A DNA stretch of 64,000 nucleotides from an uncultured Clostridia bacterium (GCA_934168365.1 CAKPNJ010000007.1:2963-66962), one strand, 5' to 3'. Counted from the first letter of the stretch, positions 1-10,011 are shown. Numbers and translations: made by a program. Notes: generated from the letters alone by a model not told the origin.

Positions 1-321
1 GGACTATTTGGAGGAGAAGGTTTTATATTGCAAAAAGCAGAGGGAAAAGGTCATTTATTCTTAGAAGTTGATGGAGATTCAATAGAAAAAGAATTAGCTC
101 CAGGAGAAATACTAAAAGTCGATACAGGAAATGTTGTGGCATTTGAACCAAAAGTGTCATATGAAATTGAAACAGTAAAAGGACTAGGAAATATCTTCTT
201 GGGAGGAGAAGGACTATTTTTAACAAAACTTGTTGGTCCAGGAAGGGTAATTCTTCAATCACAAAACTTTAAAGATTTTGCCGGAAGAATAATTCCATAT
301 ATTCCAACAAGAAGTAATTGA
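1..321 (+). CDS. C-terminal part of a TIGR00266/DUF124 (AIM24-like) family protein, 5'-truncated by the window edge
   Basis: ORF is in frame from base 1. Conserved GLFGGEGF...LFLTKLVGPGRV motifs typical of the DUF124 family. Confidence 0.55.
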   Translation, partial: GLFGGEGFILQKAEGKGHLFLEVDGDSIEKELAPGEILKVDTGNVVAFEPKVSYEIETVKGLGNIFLGGEGLFLTKLVGPGRVILQSQNFKDFAGRIIPYIPTRSN

Positions 322-371
322 TTTATAAAACATAAAAACTACAAAAAAATCAAGAAAATGTGCCATAATAG

Positions 372-400
372 TTGACATATTTAGAAAAACATGGTATGAT
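372..400 (+). promoter_or_regulatory. sigma-A type promoter for the rpmG-secE-nusG operon
   Basis: TTGACA, 17-bp spacer, TATGAT. Followed by a 12-bp perfect-stem leader hairpin at 403-432. Confidence 0.55.
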
Positions 401-473
401 ATTTAAGCGTATGTAAGAAACATACGCTTAAAAAAATGAAATTCAAAAAAGCATAAAGCTGGAGGTGTTTTAG

Positions 474-638
474 ATGGCTACAAAAGGAGCAAGAGAACCA
501 ATTACATTAGAATGTACAGAATGTAAAAGAAGAAATTATTTAACAGAAAAAAACAAAAAGAACAATACAGATAGATTAGAAGTTGTTAAGTATTGCAAAT
601 TCTGCAAAAAACGTACAACACATAAAGAAACAAAATAA
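474..638 (+). CDS. rpmG: 50S ribosomal protein L33
   Basis: 54-aa [33 protein letters not shown]...[16 protein letters not shown] (below the ORF-track size cutoff). GGAGG RBS. Conserved position before secE-nusG. Confidence 0.85.
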   Translation: MATKGAREPITLECTECKRRNYLTEKNKKNNTDRLEVVKYCKFCKKRTTHKETK

Positions 639-660
639 GCCTTTTAAGGGGGAAATTAAG

Positions 661-1014
661 ATGCCTAAAAAAGAAGTATCTAAAAACGATAAAAAAGAGA
701 AGAAAGAAAACAAACACTTTTTTAAAGATTTTAAGGCAGAATTAAAAAGAGTAATTTGGCCAACACCAAAGCAACTTGTTAATAATACTATTGCAGTTAT
801 TGTAATTGTACTTATTACAGCTGCTATTGTATTTGTGTTAGACTTAGTATTTGAATTTGCAAACAAACAAGGAGTCAACAGAATAAAGAAATTCGTAGAG
901 TCTCATAGTGAACAAACAGAAAATACTAATCAAGATGCACAAAATGCTGTAAATAATATTCTAAATGAAGAATCTAACAATAATGAAACTAAAAACAATA
1001 CAGTAAATGAATAA
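661..1014 (+). CDS. secE: preprotein translocase subunit SecE with long K/E-rich N-terminal and N/E-rich C-terminal extensions
   Basis: Single TM segment following a KRVIWPTPKQL motif. RBS aaggggg before the ATG at 661. Conserved synteny. Confidence 0.8.
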   Translation: MPKKEVSKNDKKEKKENKHFFKDFKAELKRVIWPTPKQLVNNTIAVIVIVLITAAIVFVLDLVFEFANKQGVNRIKKFVESHSEQTENTNQDAQNAVNNILNEESNNNETKNNTVNE

Positions 1015-1030
1015 TAAGGAGGCTAAAAAT

Positions 1031-1561
1031 ATGTCTCAAAAAGAAGAATTAGTGCCAAGATGGTATGTAGTGCATACATATTCTGGCTATGAAAACAAGG
1101 TAAAAACAGACTTGGAGAAAACTATAAAAAATAGAGAGTTGGAAGAATATTTCTTTGACATCATTGTTCCGATGGAAGAACAAATAGAAATAAAAGAAGG
1201 ACAAAGAAAAACAAATCTAAAAAAAGTTTTTCCTGGCTATGTTTTAGTAAAAATGATTGTAACAGAAAAAACATGGTATATAGTTAGAAATACTAGAGGT
1301 GTTACAGGATTTGTTGGTTCTGGTACTGATCCTATTCCATTGACTGATGAAGAAATTAGAAAGATGGGATTTGAACAAGTTGAAGTTAATGTAGATTACA
1401 ATGTCAATGATACTGTTCGTATAATGGACGGACCTTTAACAGACTTTACAGGAATTGTTACAGAAATCAATAAAGAAAAACATAAAGTAAAAGTATTAGT
1501 TTCTATGTTTGGAAGAGAGACGCCGGTTGAACTTGAGTTTTCTCAAGTTCAAAAGCTATAA
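1031..1561 (+). CDS. nusG: transcription termination/antitermination factor NusG
   Basis: WYVVHTYSGYENKV N-terminus and KOW motif. RBS AGGAGG before the ATG at 1031. Confidence 0.9.
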   Translation: MSQKEELVPRWYVVHTYSGYENKVKTDLEKTIKNRELEEYFFDIIVPMEEQIEIKEGQRKTNLKKVFPGYVLVKMIVTEKTWYIVRNTRGVTGFVGSGTDPIPLTDEEIRKMGFEQVEVNVDYNVNDTVRIMDGPLTDFTGIVTEINKEKHKVKVLVSMFGRETPVELEFSQVQKL

Positions 1562-1572
1562 AGCAAATTATA

Positions 1573-1670
1573 AACTTCGTCTTGCGTTGTCAAGCGTCGC
1601 ATAAAAATCCTTCGATATACACCAGTATAATCTCAAGATTTTTAGCTAGCTTTCCTAGCAATACTTGTTT
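1573..1670. repeat. 98-bp intergenic element, copy 1. About 95 percent identical to 3683-3780.
   Basis: Direct sequence comparison: AACTTCGTCTTGCGTTGTCAAGCGTCGCATAAAAATC...TTTTTAGCTAGCTTTCCTAGCAATAC. Confidence 0.9.
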
Positions 1671-1868
1671 ATAATTCGTTTTAAAATATTAGTAATTTAA
1701 ATTTTAATTTAGAACAAGTAGTACGAGGCAACCAAGCAAAATTTTCTAAAACTATACGTATGTATGTTGAAGAAAATTTTGTGATGGTTAACGAAGTAAT
1801 ACGAAGTTATAAATTAAAATTATAGATTAATATACATATTACAAAACAATAAAGGAGGTGCTATAACA

Positions 1869-2297
1869 ATGGCAGAAAAGGAAGTAAGTAATATAATTAA
1901 ATTACAAATTCCAGGAGGAAAGGCTTCACCAGCTCCACCAGTAGGTCCAGCAATCGGAGGAAGCGGAATAAACATAATGGACTTTGTAAAACAATTCAAT
2001 GATAGAACAGCACAAATGGCAGGAACTATAATTCCAGTTGTTATAACTGTTTATAAAGACAAAACATTTGAATTTATTACTAAAGAACCACCTATGGCAG
2101 TTTTAATTAAACAAGCTGCAAAAATAGAAAAAGGTTCTGGAAAACCTAATAGAGATAAAGTAGCAAAAATCAACAAAGCACAAGTTGAAGAGATTGCTAA
2201 AAAGAAAATGCCAGACTTAAATGCAGCATCATTAGAAGCAGCAATGAGCATGGTAGCAGGAACTGCAAGATCTATGGGTGTAGTCGTAGAAGACTAA
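1869..2297 (+). CDS. rplK: 50S ribosomal protein L11
   Basis: Conserved L11 sequence ([18 protein letters not shown]). Confidence 0.95.
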   Translation: MAEKEVSNIIKLQIPGGKASPAPPVGPAIGGSGINIMDFVKQFNDRTAQMAGTIIPVVITVYKDKTFEFITKEPPMAVLIKQAAKIEKGSGKPNRDKVAKINKAQVEEIAKKKMPDLNAASLEAAMSMVAGTARSMGVVVED

Positions 2298-2349
2298 AAA
2301 ATAAATTGGGAGAAGATTAAAATCTTCGTTTGAACCAAAGGAGGTAAAA

Positions 2350-3033
2350 ATGAAAAAAGGAAAGAGATATCAAGAAGCTGAAAAGCTAGTTGATAGAAAA
2401 AAATTGTATAGTGCTAAAGAAGCACTAGAAACAATTGAAAAAATGCCAAAAACAAAATTTGATGAAACAGTGGAATTACACGTAAAATTAGGTGTAGATT
2501 CAAAACAAGCTGATCAACAAGTAAGAGGAACAACAGTACTTCCAAATGGCACTGGTAAAACTCAAAGAGTATTAGTATTTGCTAAAGGACCAAAAGCAGA
2601 CGAAGCTGTTAAAGCAGGAGCTGACTTTGTTGGTGCAGAAGAATTAATACCAAAAATTGAAAAAGAAAACTGGTTTGAATATGATGTTATCGTTGCAACT
2701 CCAGACATGATGGGTGTTGTAGGTAGATTAGGTAAAGTATTAGGACCAAAAGGTTTAATGCCAAACCCTAAATCAGGAACAGTAACAATGGATGTTACAA
2801 AAGCAATCCAAGAAATTAAATCAGGAAAAGTTGAATACAGACTTGACAAAAGTAACATTGTTCACCTAGGTTTTGGAAAGGTATCATTTGGAGCAGATAA
2901 GCTATTAGAAAACTATGAAACTGTTATGAATGCTATTATAAAAGCAAAACCAGCAGCTGCAAAAGGTCAATACATTAGAAGTGTAGCAATATCTACTACA
3001 ATGGGACCAAGTATGTATATTGATCAAAAATAA
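2350..3033 (+). CDS. rplA: 50S ribosomal protein L1
   Basis: Conserved L1 sequence. Confidence 0.95.
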   Translation: MKKGKRYQEAEKLVDRKKLYSAKEALETIEKMPKTKFDETVELHVKLGVDSKQADQQVRGTTVLPNGTGKTQRVLVFAKGPKADEAVKAGADFVGAEELIPKIEKENWFEYDVIVATPDMMGVVGRLGKVLGPKGLMPNPKSGTVTMDVTKAIQEIKSGKVEYRLDKSNIVHLGFGKVSFGADKLLENYETVMNAIIKAKPAAAKGQYIRSVAISTTMGPSMYIDQK

Positions 3034-3039
3034 TAAATA

Positions 3040-3160
3040 TTGCCGAAGAAAGTAAGCATACACTTAAGTCTTACCGAGGTAAAGAGGAAACGGATTTATC
3101 CAATCAATCTTTGTCTTAGTAAGAATAGGCATTATTGATTGGATTTTTATTTAATTTGGG
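3040..3160 (+). promoter_or_regulatory. putative rplJ (L10) leader with attenuator-like hairpin
   Basis: A 130-nt structured leader before rplJ. It contains CCAATCAAT...ATTGATTGG followed by a T-run. The position matches the L10 autoregulatory leader of Firmicutes. Confidence 0.4.
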
Positions 3161-3170
3161 AGGTGAAAAC

Positions 3171-3671
3171 ATGGCAAGTGAAAACGTTCTAAAGCAAAAA
3201 GAAGAAGAAGTAAAAAAACTAGCTGAAAAACTTAAAGAAGCAAAAGTAATTCTTTTAACAGATTACAGAGGAATAAATGTTGCAGATGTAACTAAATTAA
3301 GAACAGATTTAAGAAATGCAAACAGTGAATACAAAGTTATTAAAAACAACATTATAAAAAGAGCATTAGATGCAAATGGAGAAAGTGGATTAGATGATTT
3401 ATTAGAAGGACCAACAGCATTAGTAATTGGAACTGAAGATTATTTAGAACCATCTAAAGTAATTTACAACTTCTCTAAAAATAACGAATTCTACAAAATT
3501 AAAGGTGGAATTATAGACGGAAAAGTAATGACAGCTGAAGAAATTATAACTTTAGCAAAATTACCATCAAGACAAGAACTTATGGCAAAATTGGCTGGAG
3601 CTTTACTTGGAAATATTACCAAGTTGGCTGTTGCGCTTGATGCAGTTAGGGAACAAAAAGCTAACGCCTAA
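3171..3671 (+). CDS. rplJ: 50S ribosomal protein L10
   Basis: Conserved L10 sequence. RBS GGGAGGTG before the ATG at 3171. Confidence 0.9.
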   Translation: MASENVLKQKEEEVKKLAEKLKEAKVILLTDYRGINVADVTKLRTDLRNANSEYKVIKNNIIKRALDANGESGLDDLLEGPTALVIGTEDYLEPSKVIYNFSKNNEFYKIKGGIIDGKVMTAEEIITLAKLPSRQELMAKLAGALLGNITKLAVALDAVREQKANA

Positions 3672-3682
3672 TTTTAATGAAA

Positions 3683-3780
3683 AACTTCGTCTTGCGTTGT
3701 CAAGCGTCGCATAAAAATCTTTCAATATACACCAGTATAATCTCAAGATTTTTAGCTAGCTTTTCTAGCAATACTCGTTT
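3683..3780. repeat. 98-bp intergenic element, copy 2
   Basis: Near-identical to 1573-1670. Confidence 0.9.
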
Positions 3781-3873
3781 TTGATTAAAATTATAAAGTT
3801 TAGAATATGATTATTCTAAGTTGATTAAAATAAAAAATTATTAAATTAAAATAAAGAAGGAGGTCATTTTAAA

Positions 3874-4239
3874 ATGGCAAAAATTGATGAATTATTAGAG
3901 ACTATCGACACTTTAACAGTTGTTGAATTAGCAGAATTAGTAAAAGGAATTGAAGAAAAATATGGAGTATCTGCAGCAGCAGTTGCAGCACCAGTAGCTG
4001 GAGCAGCAGCTGGAGCAGCTGAAGAAAAAACTTCATTTAATGTAGTATTAAAAGAAGCTGGAGCAAACAAAATCCAAGTAATTAAAGTAGTTAGAGATGC
4101 TACAGGTTTAGGATTAAAAGAAGCTAAAGATTTAGTTGACGGAGCTCCAAAAACAGTTAAAGAGAACGTAGCTAAAGAAGAAGCTGAAGAATTAAAAGCT
4201 AAATTTGAAGAAGTTGGTGCTACAGTAGAATTAGCATAG
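3874..4239 (+). CDS. rplL: 50S ribosomal protein L7/L12
   Basis: Conserved L7/L12 sequence with an Ala-rich hinge. Confidence 0.95.
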   Translation: MAKIDELLETIDTLTVVELAELVKGIEEKYGVSAAAVAAPVAGAAAGAAEEKTSFNVVLKEAGANKIQVIKVVRDATGLGLKEAKDLVDGAPKTVKENVAKEEAEELKAKFEEVGATVELA

Positions 4240-4264
4240 TTTTATACTATATAATAAACAAAAA

Positions 4265-4296
4265 TAGACCTATAGATATTATAGGTTTATTTTTTT
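4265..4296 (+). terminator. intrinsic terminator after rplL
   Basis: Stem ACCTATA/TATAGGT followed by a T-run. Confidence 0.55.
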
Positions 4297-4423
4297 GACC
4301 TGAGAAATCCGCTTTTTCTTGACTTTAGTAAATATAAGTTATAAAATATAAAAGCATTCATATATTTTAACAATACACAAGAAAGTGTAGCAAGTTACAA
4401 AAATGCAAAAGGAGAAATTTAAA

Positions 4424-5458
4424 ATGGTAATAATATTAGATGCAATGGGTGGAGATAATGCACCTGATGCAACAATAAAAGGCGCTGTAAGGGCAATAAA
4501 TCAAATTGAAGCAGATATTTTATTAGTAGGTAATACAGAGGTTATAAATCAAAAAGTAAAGGAATTTTACGGAAAAAATGATATATCAGAGGTATCTCCA
4601 AGAATAAAAGTACATCATACAACAGAAATGATAGAAATGGAAGATACTCCTACAGTAGCTATAAAACATAAAAAAGATTCCTCAATGGTTGTAGGATTTA
4701 ACTTACTAAAAGAAGGTAAAGGAGATGTGTTTATCTCAGCTGGAAATTCTGGAGCCCTACTTACAGGAGCAACCCTTTTAGTTGGAAGAATAAAAGGTGT
4801 AGATAGACCAGCATTAGCAGGAATTTTGCCAGCATATAAAAGTAGATTGGTTTTAATGGACTGTGGAGCAAATACAAACTGCAAGCCAATTAATCTTCTA
4901 CAATTTGCGCAAATGGCTAGTATTTATTTAGAAACTACAATTGGTGTAAAGAATCCAAGAGTAGGGCTATTAAATATCGGAACAGAAGAAACAAAAGGTA
5001 ATGAGTTAATGAAAGAGTCATATAAACTTTTAAAGGAACAAAGCAAAGAGTTAGGAGTTAACTTTATCGGAAATGTAGAAGGAAGAGATGCATTTTCAGG
5101 AAATGTTGATATTGTTGTAACAGATGGGTTTACAGGAAATAACTTCTTGAAAGCAGTTGAAGGATTAGGAAAATTTGTAAAAAGAACACTATCGGAAAGC
5201 TTAAAGAAGAACTTAATATCTAAAATAGCAGCACTTCCAAGCATGCCAGCGATTAAAAGATTTGCTAAAAGCGTAGATTATAAAGAATATGGTGGAGCCT
5301 TATTCTTGGGTGTAAAACAACCTGTAGTAAAAGCACATGGAAGTAGTGATGCAAAAGTATTTGAATTTACAATAAAACAAGCAGAACAATTTGTAAAAAA
5401 TAAGGCAGTTGAAAAATTAAAAGAGCAATTTACAAAAGAGCTAGAAGAACAAAAATAA
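4424..5458 (+). CDS. plsX: phosphate acyltransferase PlsX
   Basis: Conserved PlsX family sequence (ILDAMGGDNAP). RBS AGGAGA before the ATG at 4424. Confidence 0.9.
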   Translation: MVIILDAMGGDNAPDATIKGAVRAINQIEADILLVGNTEVINQKVKEFYGKNDISEVSPRIKVHHTTEMIEMEDTPTVAIKHKKDSSMVVGFNLLKEGKGDVFISAGNSGALLTGATLLVGRIKGVDRPALAGILPAYKSRLVLMDCGANTNCKPINLLQFAQMASIYLETTIGVKNPRVGLLNIGTEETKGNELMKESYKLLKEQSKELGVNFIGNVEGRDAFSGNVDIVVTDGFTGNNFLKAVEGLGKFVKRTLSESLKKNLISKIAALPSMPAIKRFAKSVDYKEYGGALFLGVKQPVVKAHGSSDAKVFEFTIKQAEQFVKNKAVEKLKEQFTKELEEQK

Positions 5459-5553
5459 AATATTTTAAAAAAGTGCTTGACAATTATTGATACTTGTATT
5501 ATCTTTTAGGTAAAGAAATATAAGCAGAATATAAAGGAGGTGACTTAATTATC

Positions 5554-5796
5554 ATGAGTTCAGAGGAAGTTTTTGAAAAAGTAAAAGAAACAATTATAGA
5601 GCAATTAGGAGTTGCTGATACAGCAGTTACTACAGAGGCATCTTTTATAGATGACCTAGGAGCTGATTCTTTAGATATAGTTGAACTAATTATGGCATTA
5701 GAGGAAGAATTTGATATGGAAATTCCAGATGCTGATGCAGAAAAAATAGTTACAGTTGGTGATGTTGTCGAATACATAAAAGAGCATGTTGCCTAA
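5554..5796 (+). CDS. acpP: acyl carrier protein
   Basis: DSLD phosphopantetheine attachment motif. 80 aa. Confidence 0.9.
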   Translation: MSSEEVFEKVKETIIEQLGVADTAVTTEASFIDDLGADSLDIVELIMALEEEFDMEIPDADAEKIVTVGDVVEYIKEHVA

Positions 5797-5966
5797 GAAA
5801 AAATATAAGGAATGGTATAGTTATAGACTATACTATTTTTTATTCTAGTAAAATTCTCCTACTAGGAGAATTTTACGTAGAAGATAAATATGTGAATTAC
5901 TAGAATTTATAACAGTTTGCACTGCGTATAAATTTTTTTTATGCTTAAATTTTCATACAGGCTGTA

Positions 5967-5996
5967 TTGCATAAAAATTATACAATATGATATAAT
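5967..5996 (+). promoter_or_regulatory. sigma-A type promoter
   Basis: TTGCAT, 18-bp spacer, TATAAT upstream of the amidohydrolase gene. Confidence 0.45.
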
Positions 5997-6018
5997 TTCA
6001 AAAGAAAGAGGTGGAAGA

Positions 6019-7311
6019 ATGGGTAAAATTTTAATTAAAAATGGAAAAGTGCTATTTTTTAGAAATGATGATGTAATAATTGAAGAAAATGACGTTTTAA
6101 TAGAAAATGGAAAAATAATAAAAATTGAAGAAAACATACAAGAAAATGCTGATAAAGTAATAAATGCACAAAATCATATTGTTATGCCAGGTTTAATAAA
6201 CACACATGCTCATATACCAATGAGTATATTTAGAGAAACTACAGAAGGATGCAAACTATATGAATGGCTAAATGATAAGATTTGGCCAATAGAAGATAAA
6301 CTAACAAAAGAGGATATATATTGGGCTAGTATGCTCTCATATGTTGAAATGATTAGTACAGGAACAACTTGTGTAAATGATCAATATTTTATGCCAGAGC
6401 AAATTAGAGAGGCAGCTGTAAAAGCAGGAGTAAGAGCAGTTATTACAAGACCAATTGTTGATATTGGCGGAGATCTTCAAATTAGAATAGATGAATTTAG
6501 AGAATTTTATGAGTCAAGAGACGAAAGTAATGATTTAATTACATATTCGGTTGCACCACATTCTTTATATACCTGTTCAGATAAAGCTTTAGAGGCCTGT
6601 GCAGATCTAGCAAAAGAATATAAACTACCAATACATACACATTTTTTGGAAAGTATTGATGAAATAGAAGATATAAAGAACAAGCATGGTAGACCTGCAA
6701 TACAAGTATTAAAGGACTATTTTAGTGATGTGCATACAATATTGGCACATTGTGTAAAACTAACAGATGAAGATATTGAGATTTTAAAAACAATGGATTG
6801 TGGAATTGCACATAATCCTATATCAAATTTAAGATTAGGCTGTAAAATAGCAGATACTACTAAATATTTAAAACAAGGTTTAAATGTGGCACTTGGTACA
6901 GATGGTCAAGGCTCAGGAAGTAATATGGATATGTTTGAAGCTATGAGAGTGGCATGTTTGGCACAAGGTGGAATACATGAAAATGAAGAAAGAATTACTG
7001 CTAAAAATGCAGTTAAAATGGCAACAATAAATGGAGCTGAATTGTTACAATTAGATAATAAAATAGGAAGTATTGAAGTTGGAAAAGATGCAGATATAAT
7101 TTTAGTTGATATAGAAGAAAAACTAGATAACATTACAATGCTTCCAAACTTAAACGAAATAGCAAACTTAGTATATAATACATCTGGAAGAAATGTAGAT
7201 ACCACAATTATAAAAGGAAATATACTAATGGAAAATAGAGTTATAAACCATATAGATGTCAAAGAAGTTGTGACTAAATGTAATCAAATATTGGAAAGAT
7301 TAAGTAAATAG
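6019..7311 (+). CDS. mtaD: amidohydrolase-family deaminase (5-methylthioadenosine/S-adenosylhomocysteine deaminase-like)
   Basis: Metal-binding HAHIPMS motif and overall chlorohydrolase/MtaD-like architecture. The start was chosen at the ATG at 6019, which has a GAGGTGG RBS. Confidence 0.75.
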   Translation: MGKILIKNGKVLFFRNDDVIIEENDVLIENGKIIKIEENIQENADKVINAQNHIVMPGLINTHAHIPMSIFRETTEGCKLYEWLNDKIWPIEDKLTKEDIYWASMLSYVEMISTGTTCVNDQYFMPEQIREAAVKAGVRAVITRPIVDIGGDLQIRIDEFREFYESRDESNDLITYSVAPHSLYTCSDKALEACADLAKEYKLPIHTHFLESIDEIEDIKNKHGRPAIQVLKDYFSDVHTILAHCVKLTDEDIEILKTMDCGIAHNPISNLRLGCKIADTTKYLKQGLNVALGTDGQGSGSNMDMFEAMRVACLAQGGIHENEERITAKNAVKMATINGAELLQLDNKIGSIEVGKDADIILVDIEEKLDNITMLPNLNEIANLVYNTSGRNVDTTIIKGNILMENRVINHIDVKEVVTKCNQILERLSK

Positions 7312-7442
7312 AATTTAACTGCTACTAAGTTGATTAGTGGCAGTTTTTGTGTTTGCTTGAAAATTATGTAAATCTGTGATATAATTTCTGTATATTGGAA
7401 AAAAATCCAAAATTATTGAAGTTATATAAGGAGGAACATAAC

Positions 7443-8576
7443 ATGAAGATCACAATGACAACAGTGCTGAGAGACCGGGAGACTGCTTTTAATTTAACCA
7501 AAGCGTTCATTAATTGTTATAACAATAATAATGCTTTGGTAATTGAAAAAGAGGAGGCTAAGTTGGAAATTGATTTAGCAACTTGTAGCAGAGAAAAAGC
7601 TGAAAGCTTTTTCAACGACATCATCACCATATTTTATGGTGAAAAAGTAACTCCGCAGGAACGGGAGAATGAGCCCATAATACCAACTACTGAGAAAGAA
7701 GAAGTGAGTAGCAAAAATGAGAATAGTCAAAAAACAGATAACAAAGAAGCGGATAACCATGAAGAAGATGAAAAAAAGAATGCAGAAGCTACAGCAACTG
7801 ATATTCGAGTAGTGGCACCTGAAGAGATCAAAATTGAAGGAGAAAAATATGAACAAGTACTTGAAAAAATTGCGCAAAGTAGTAGTTCATATGGAGAATT
7901 TCTCCATTCAGTAGAATTTAATCTGAAATTGTCAAAATCAAATCGGGATAAATTTTGGATAATTATGAATGAAACTCAAGTATTTGAATACCCAGAAGAA
8001 GTCAAATTGTCTAAAATTCTGAAGGTAGTTGAAAGCAAAGGAAAACAATTAAGCAGATACGAAATAAATTATTTATTTAGCCAAATAAAAGCAAGAACAG
8101 GCTATTCTGGGAGTGAATTCGTAAGAATTCTCTTGGAATATAGAGAAAAATACGGATATGAGCCATCACCAATAGTCATTAGACAAGCGAGAATCAAATG
8201 CTTACCACAAAATGAAGAATTCGAGGAAGCCCTAAGTATGATTGATATGAGCAAACCTATTGAAGAAAGAGTTGCTTATATCTTTACAATTATGAATTTT
8301 AATTTGAAAATATATAAGCAACCAGAGTACTTTAGGGAAGACTTAATTACTTTTGTGAGTGAAGCGGTCCAAATGAAGAAAATTGACATTGAGAAAGCTT
8401 TAAATGGCGTAAAAACCAAGAACAAATTGATGCTAAGAATGGTGTTGTCAGAGCAAGTAAATGGTTTTGCAAAGAAAGTTGCAGGACAACCTCAGAAAAC
8501 CATTGCCACATCTACATTCCTTAAAGATTTGCAAAGTGTTATTCTTTCCAGAACAGAATTGAAAAACCTTAAATAA
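7443..8576 (+). CDS. hypothetical protein with an acidic linker. Codon usage is atypical (GC-shifted).
   Basis: Long ORF with an AGGAGG RBS, flanked by hairpin terminators. Contains CGG/GAG/CTG/ACC codons that are rare in the rest of the window. No recognisable motifs. Confidence 0.6.
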   Translation: MKITMTTVLRDRETAFNLTKAFINCYNNNNALVIEKEEAKLEIDLATCSREKAESFFNDIITIFYGEKVTPQERENEPIIPTTEKEEVSSKNENSQKTDNKEADNHEEDEKKNAEATATDIRVVAPEEIKIEGEKYEQVLEKIAQSSSSYGEFLHSVEFNLKLSKSNRDKFWIIMNETQVFEYPEEVKLSKILKVVESKGKQLSRYEINYLFSQIKARTGYSGSEFVRILLEYREKYGYEPSPIVIRQARIKCLPQNEEFEEALSMIDMSKPIEERVAYIFTIMNFNLKIYKQPEYFREDLITFVSEAVQMKKIDIEKALNGVKTKNKLMLRMVLSEQVNGFAKKVAGQPQKTIATSTFLKDLQSVILSRTELKNLK

Positions 8577-8790
8577 TAACTTCACAAAGGGCACTGATAA
8601 ATTCGGTGTCCTTTGCTATGCATAAATAGATAAATTTTGTCAAAAATTGCTAAAAAATTCCTCTAAACTATTTAAATACGAACAAATTTATGATATAATT
8701 ATGACGTGACTTTATTGTACATAATTACAAAAACTTAACTTTTATAATACACTAAAGAGAACATATATAAAATGAAAAAAGGGAGAATAT

Positions 8791-10011
8791 ATGGATAAAG
8801 AACAAGTATTAGAAGTTAAAGAGTTAATTGAATATGGGTTTAGTTTAGAAAGTATAGCAACAGGAATTCAAATACCAATTGAGGAATTAAAAGAATTGAA
8901 AAGACAAATTGAAGAAGAAAAACAAGCTAAAGCTAATAAACAACCCCAAAAAGAAACCGAAAAGACAAAAATTAAGTTAGAACAGGAAAAAAACGAAGAA
9001 AAATCTAAATCAAGAAAAGAAATTCAAGCTATGGTTAAAAAATACGAGGAAATCTTTGGAGACTCAACTAAAAAAACTCAAAGCAAAACAGAAGAAAGAG
9101 AATTGAGCGAAGAGGAACTTGAAAATGCTATACAAAAAATGAACTTGTTAATGGAAAGATTAAAAAATAGAGGAAATTTACCAATAGACGCAAAAAAAGT
9201 AGAACTAGAAAAAGTAATAAATGCTTATAAAAAACTAATAGAAGATGACATTATGAAAAAGGCAGACAGAGCCAAAAGTGTGGAAGAGTTAAAAAAATTA
9301 TCTCAAAAAGTACCTGCGCAAACATATAATGTTGGATTTGGACATGTTCAAAGCAGAATAGTTAAAATACAGCAACAAGTGTTGATGAATAACATTAGAA
9401 ATAATATTCCTGAAAGGATTGGAAAAATCATTGCAGATATAGCTAATGGAGAAATAGATATTCAACATGCTAGAGAAGTTATTGAAGAAGAAGCAAGAAG
9501 AAGAGTTGAAAACTCTAATGGAAGTAAATTTAAGCTAACATTAGATGGACAAAGAAGACAAATTTTAACACAGATACACACAGCGCTAAAAGAAAAAGCT
9601 GATAAATATGTAATAAAAAGTTCAACACAAGCAATAAATGATCTAACTCAATTAGGAGAAACAAGTCAAATACAAGCTGTTAACATAGTGACTCAAAACC
9701 TTTGTGGAAGAAAAGAATACAGTAGAGCTTTGGCTATATGTGACATGAGCTGTAAAAATCTAAATGAAGAAGGGGTAAGGCAAATCCGTTTATTAAAAAG
9801 GCAAATAAAATCTGCTAAATTTGGAGATTTAGCTCAAAAAATGTTGACAGGTACAAAAAGCATTGAAGAAAGAGAAGCAGAATATGAGAGCTTGAAAACA
9901 GCAATGAAAGTAGAAGATATAAAGCCAAGTCAAATACCAATAGGAAAAATAAATAATGGAAGTGTGACAGTATATTTAAATAAAATATGGGATGATCAAA
10001 AACAACGATAA
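8791..10011 (+). CDS. hypothetical K/E-rich, coiled-coil-like protein
   Basis: 406-aa ORF with a GGGAGA RBS and native-like codon usage. No recognised domain. Confidence 0.55.
   Translation: MDKEQVLEVKELIEYGFSLESIATGIQIPIEELKELKRQIEEEKQAKANKQPQKETEKTKIKLEQEKNEEKSKSRKEIQAMVKKYEEIFGDSTKKTQSKTEERELSEEELENAIQKMNLLMERLKNRGNLPIDAKKVELEKVINAYKKLIEDDIMKKADRAKSVEELKKLSQKVPAQTYNVGFGHVQSRIVKIQQQVLMNNIRNNIPERIGKIIADIANGEIDIQHAREVIEEEARRRVENSNGSKFKLTLDGQRRQILTQIHTALKEKADKYVIKSSTQAINDLTQLGETSQIQAVNIVTQNLCGRKEYSRALAICDMSCKNLNEEGVRQIRLLKRQIKSAKFGDLAQKMLTGTKSIEEREAEYESLKTAMKVEDIKPSQIPIGKINNGSVTVYLNKIWDDQKQR

Noticed and set aside
5852-5880. 24-bp perfect palindrome GTAAAATTCTCCTACTAGGAGAATTTTAC after acpP as a distinct regulatory element
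   Set aside because: It sits directly after another terminator hairpin (5812-5842) in the acpP 3' region. It is most simply a second or bidirectional terminator stem, and there is no basis for more.
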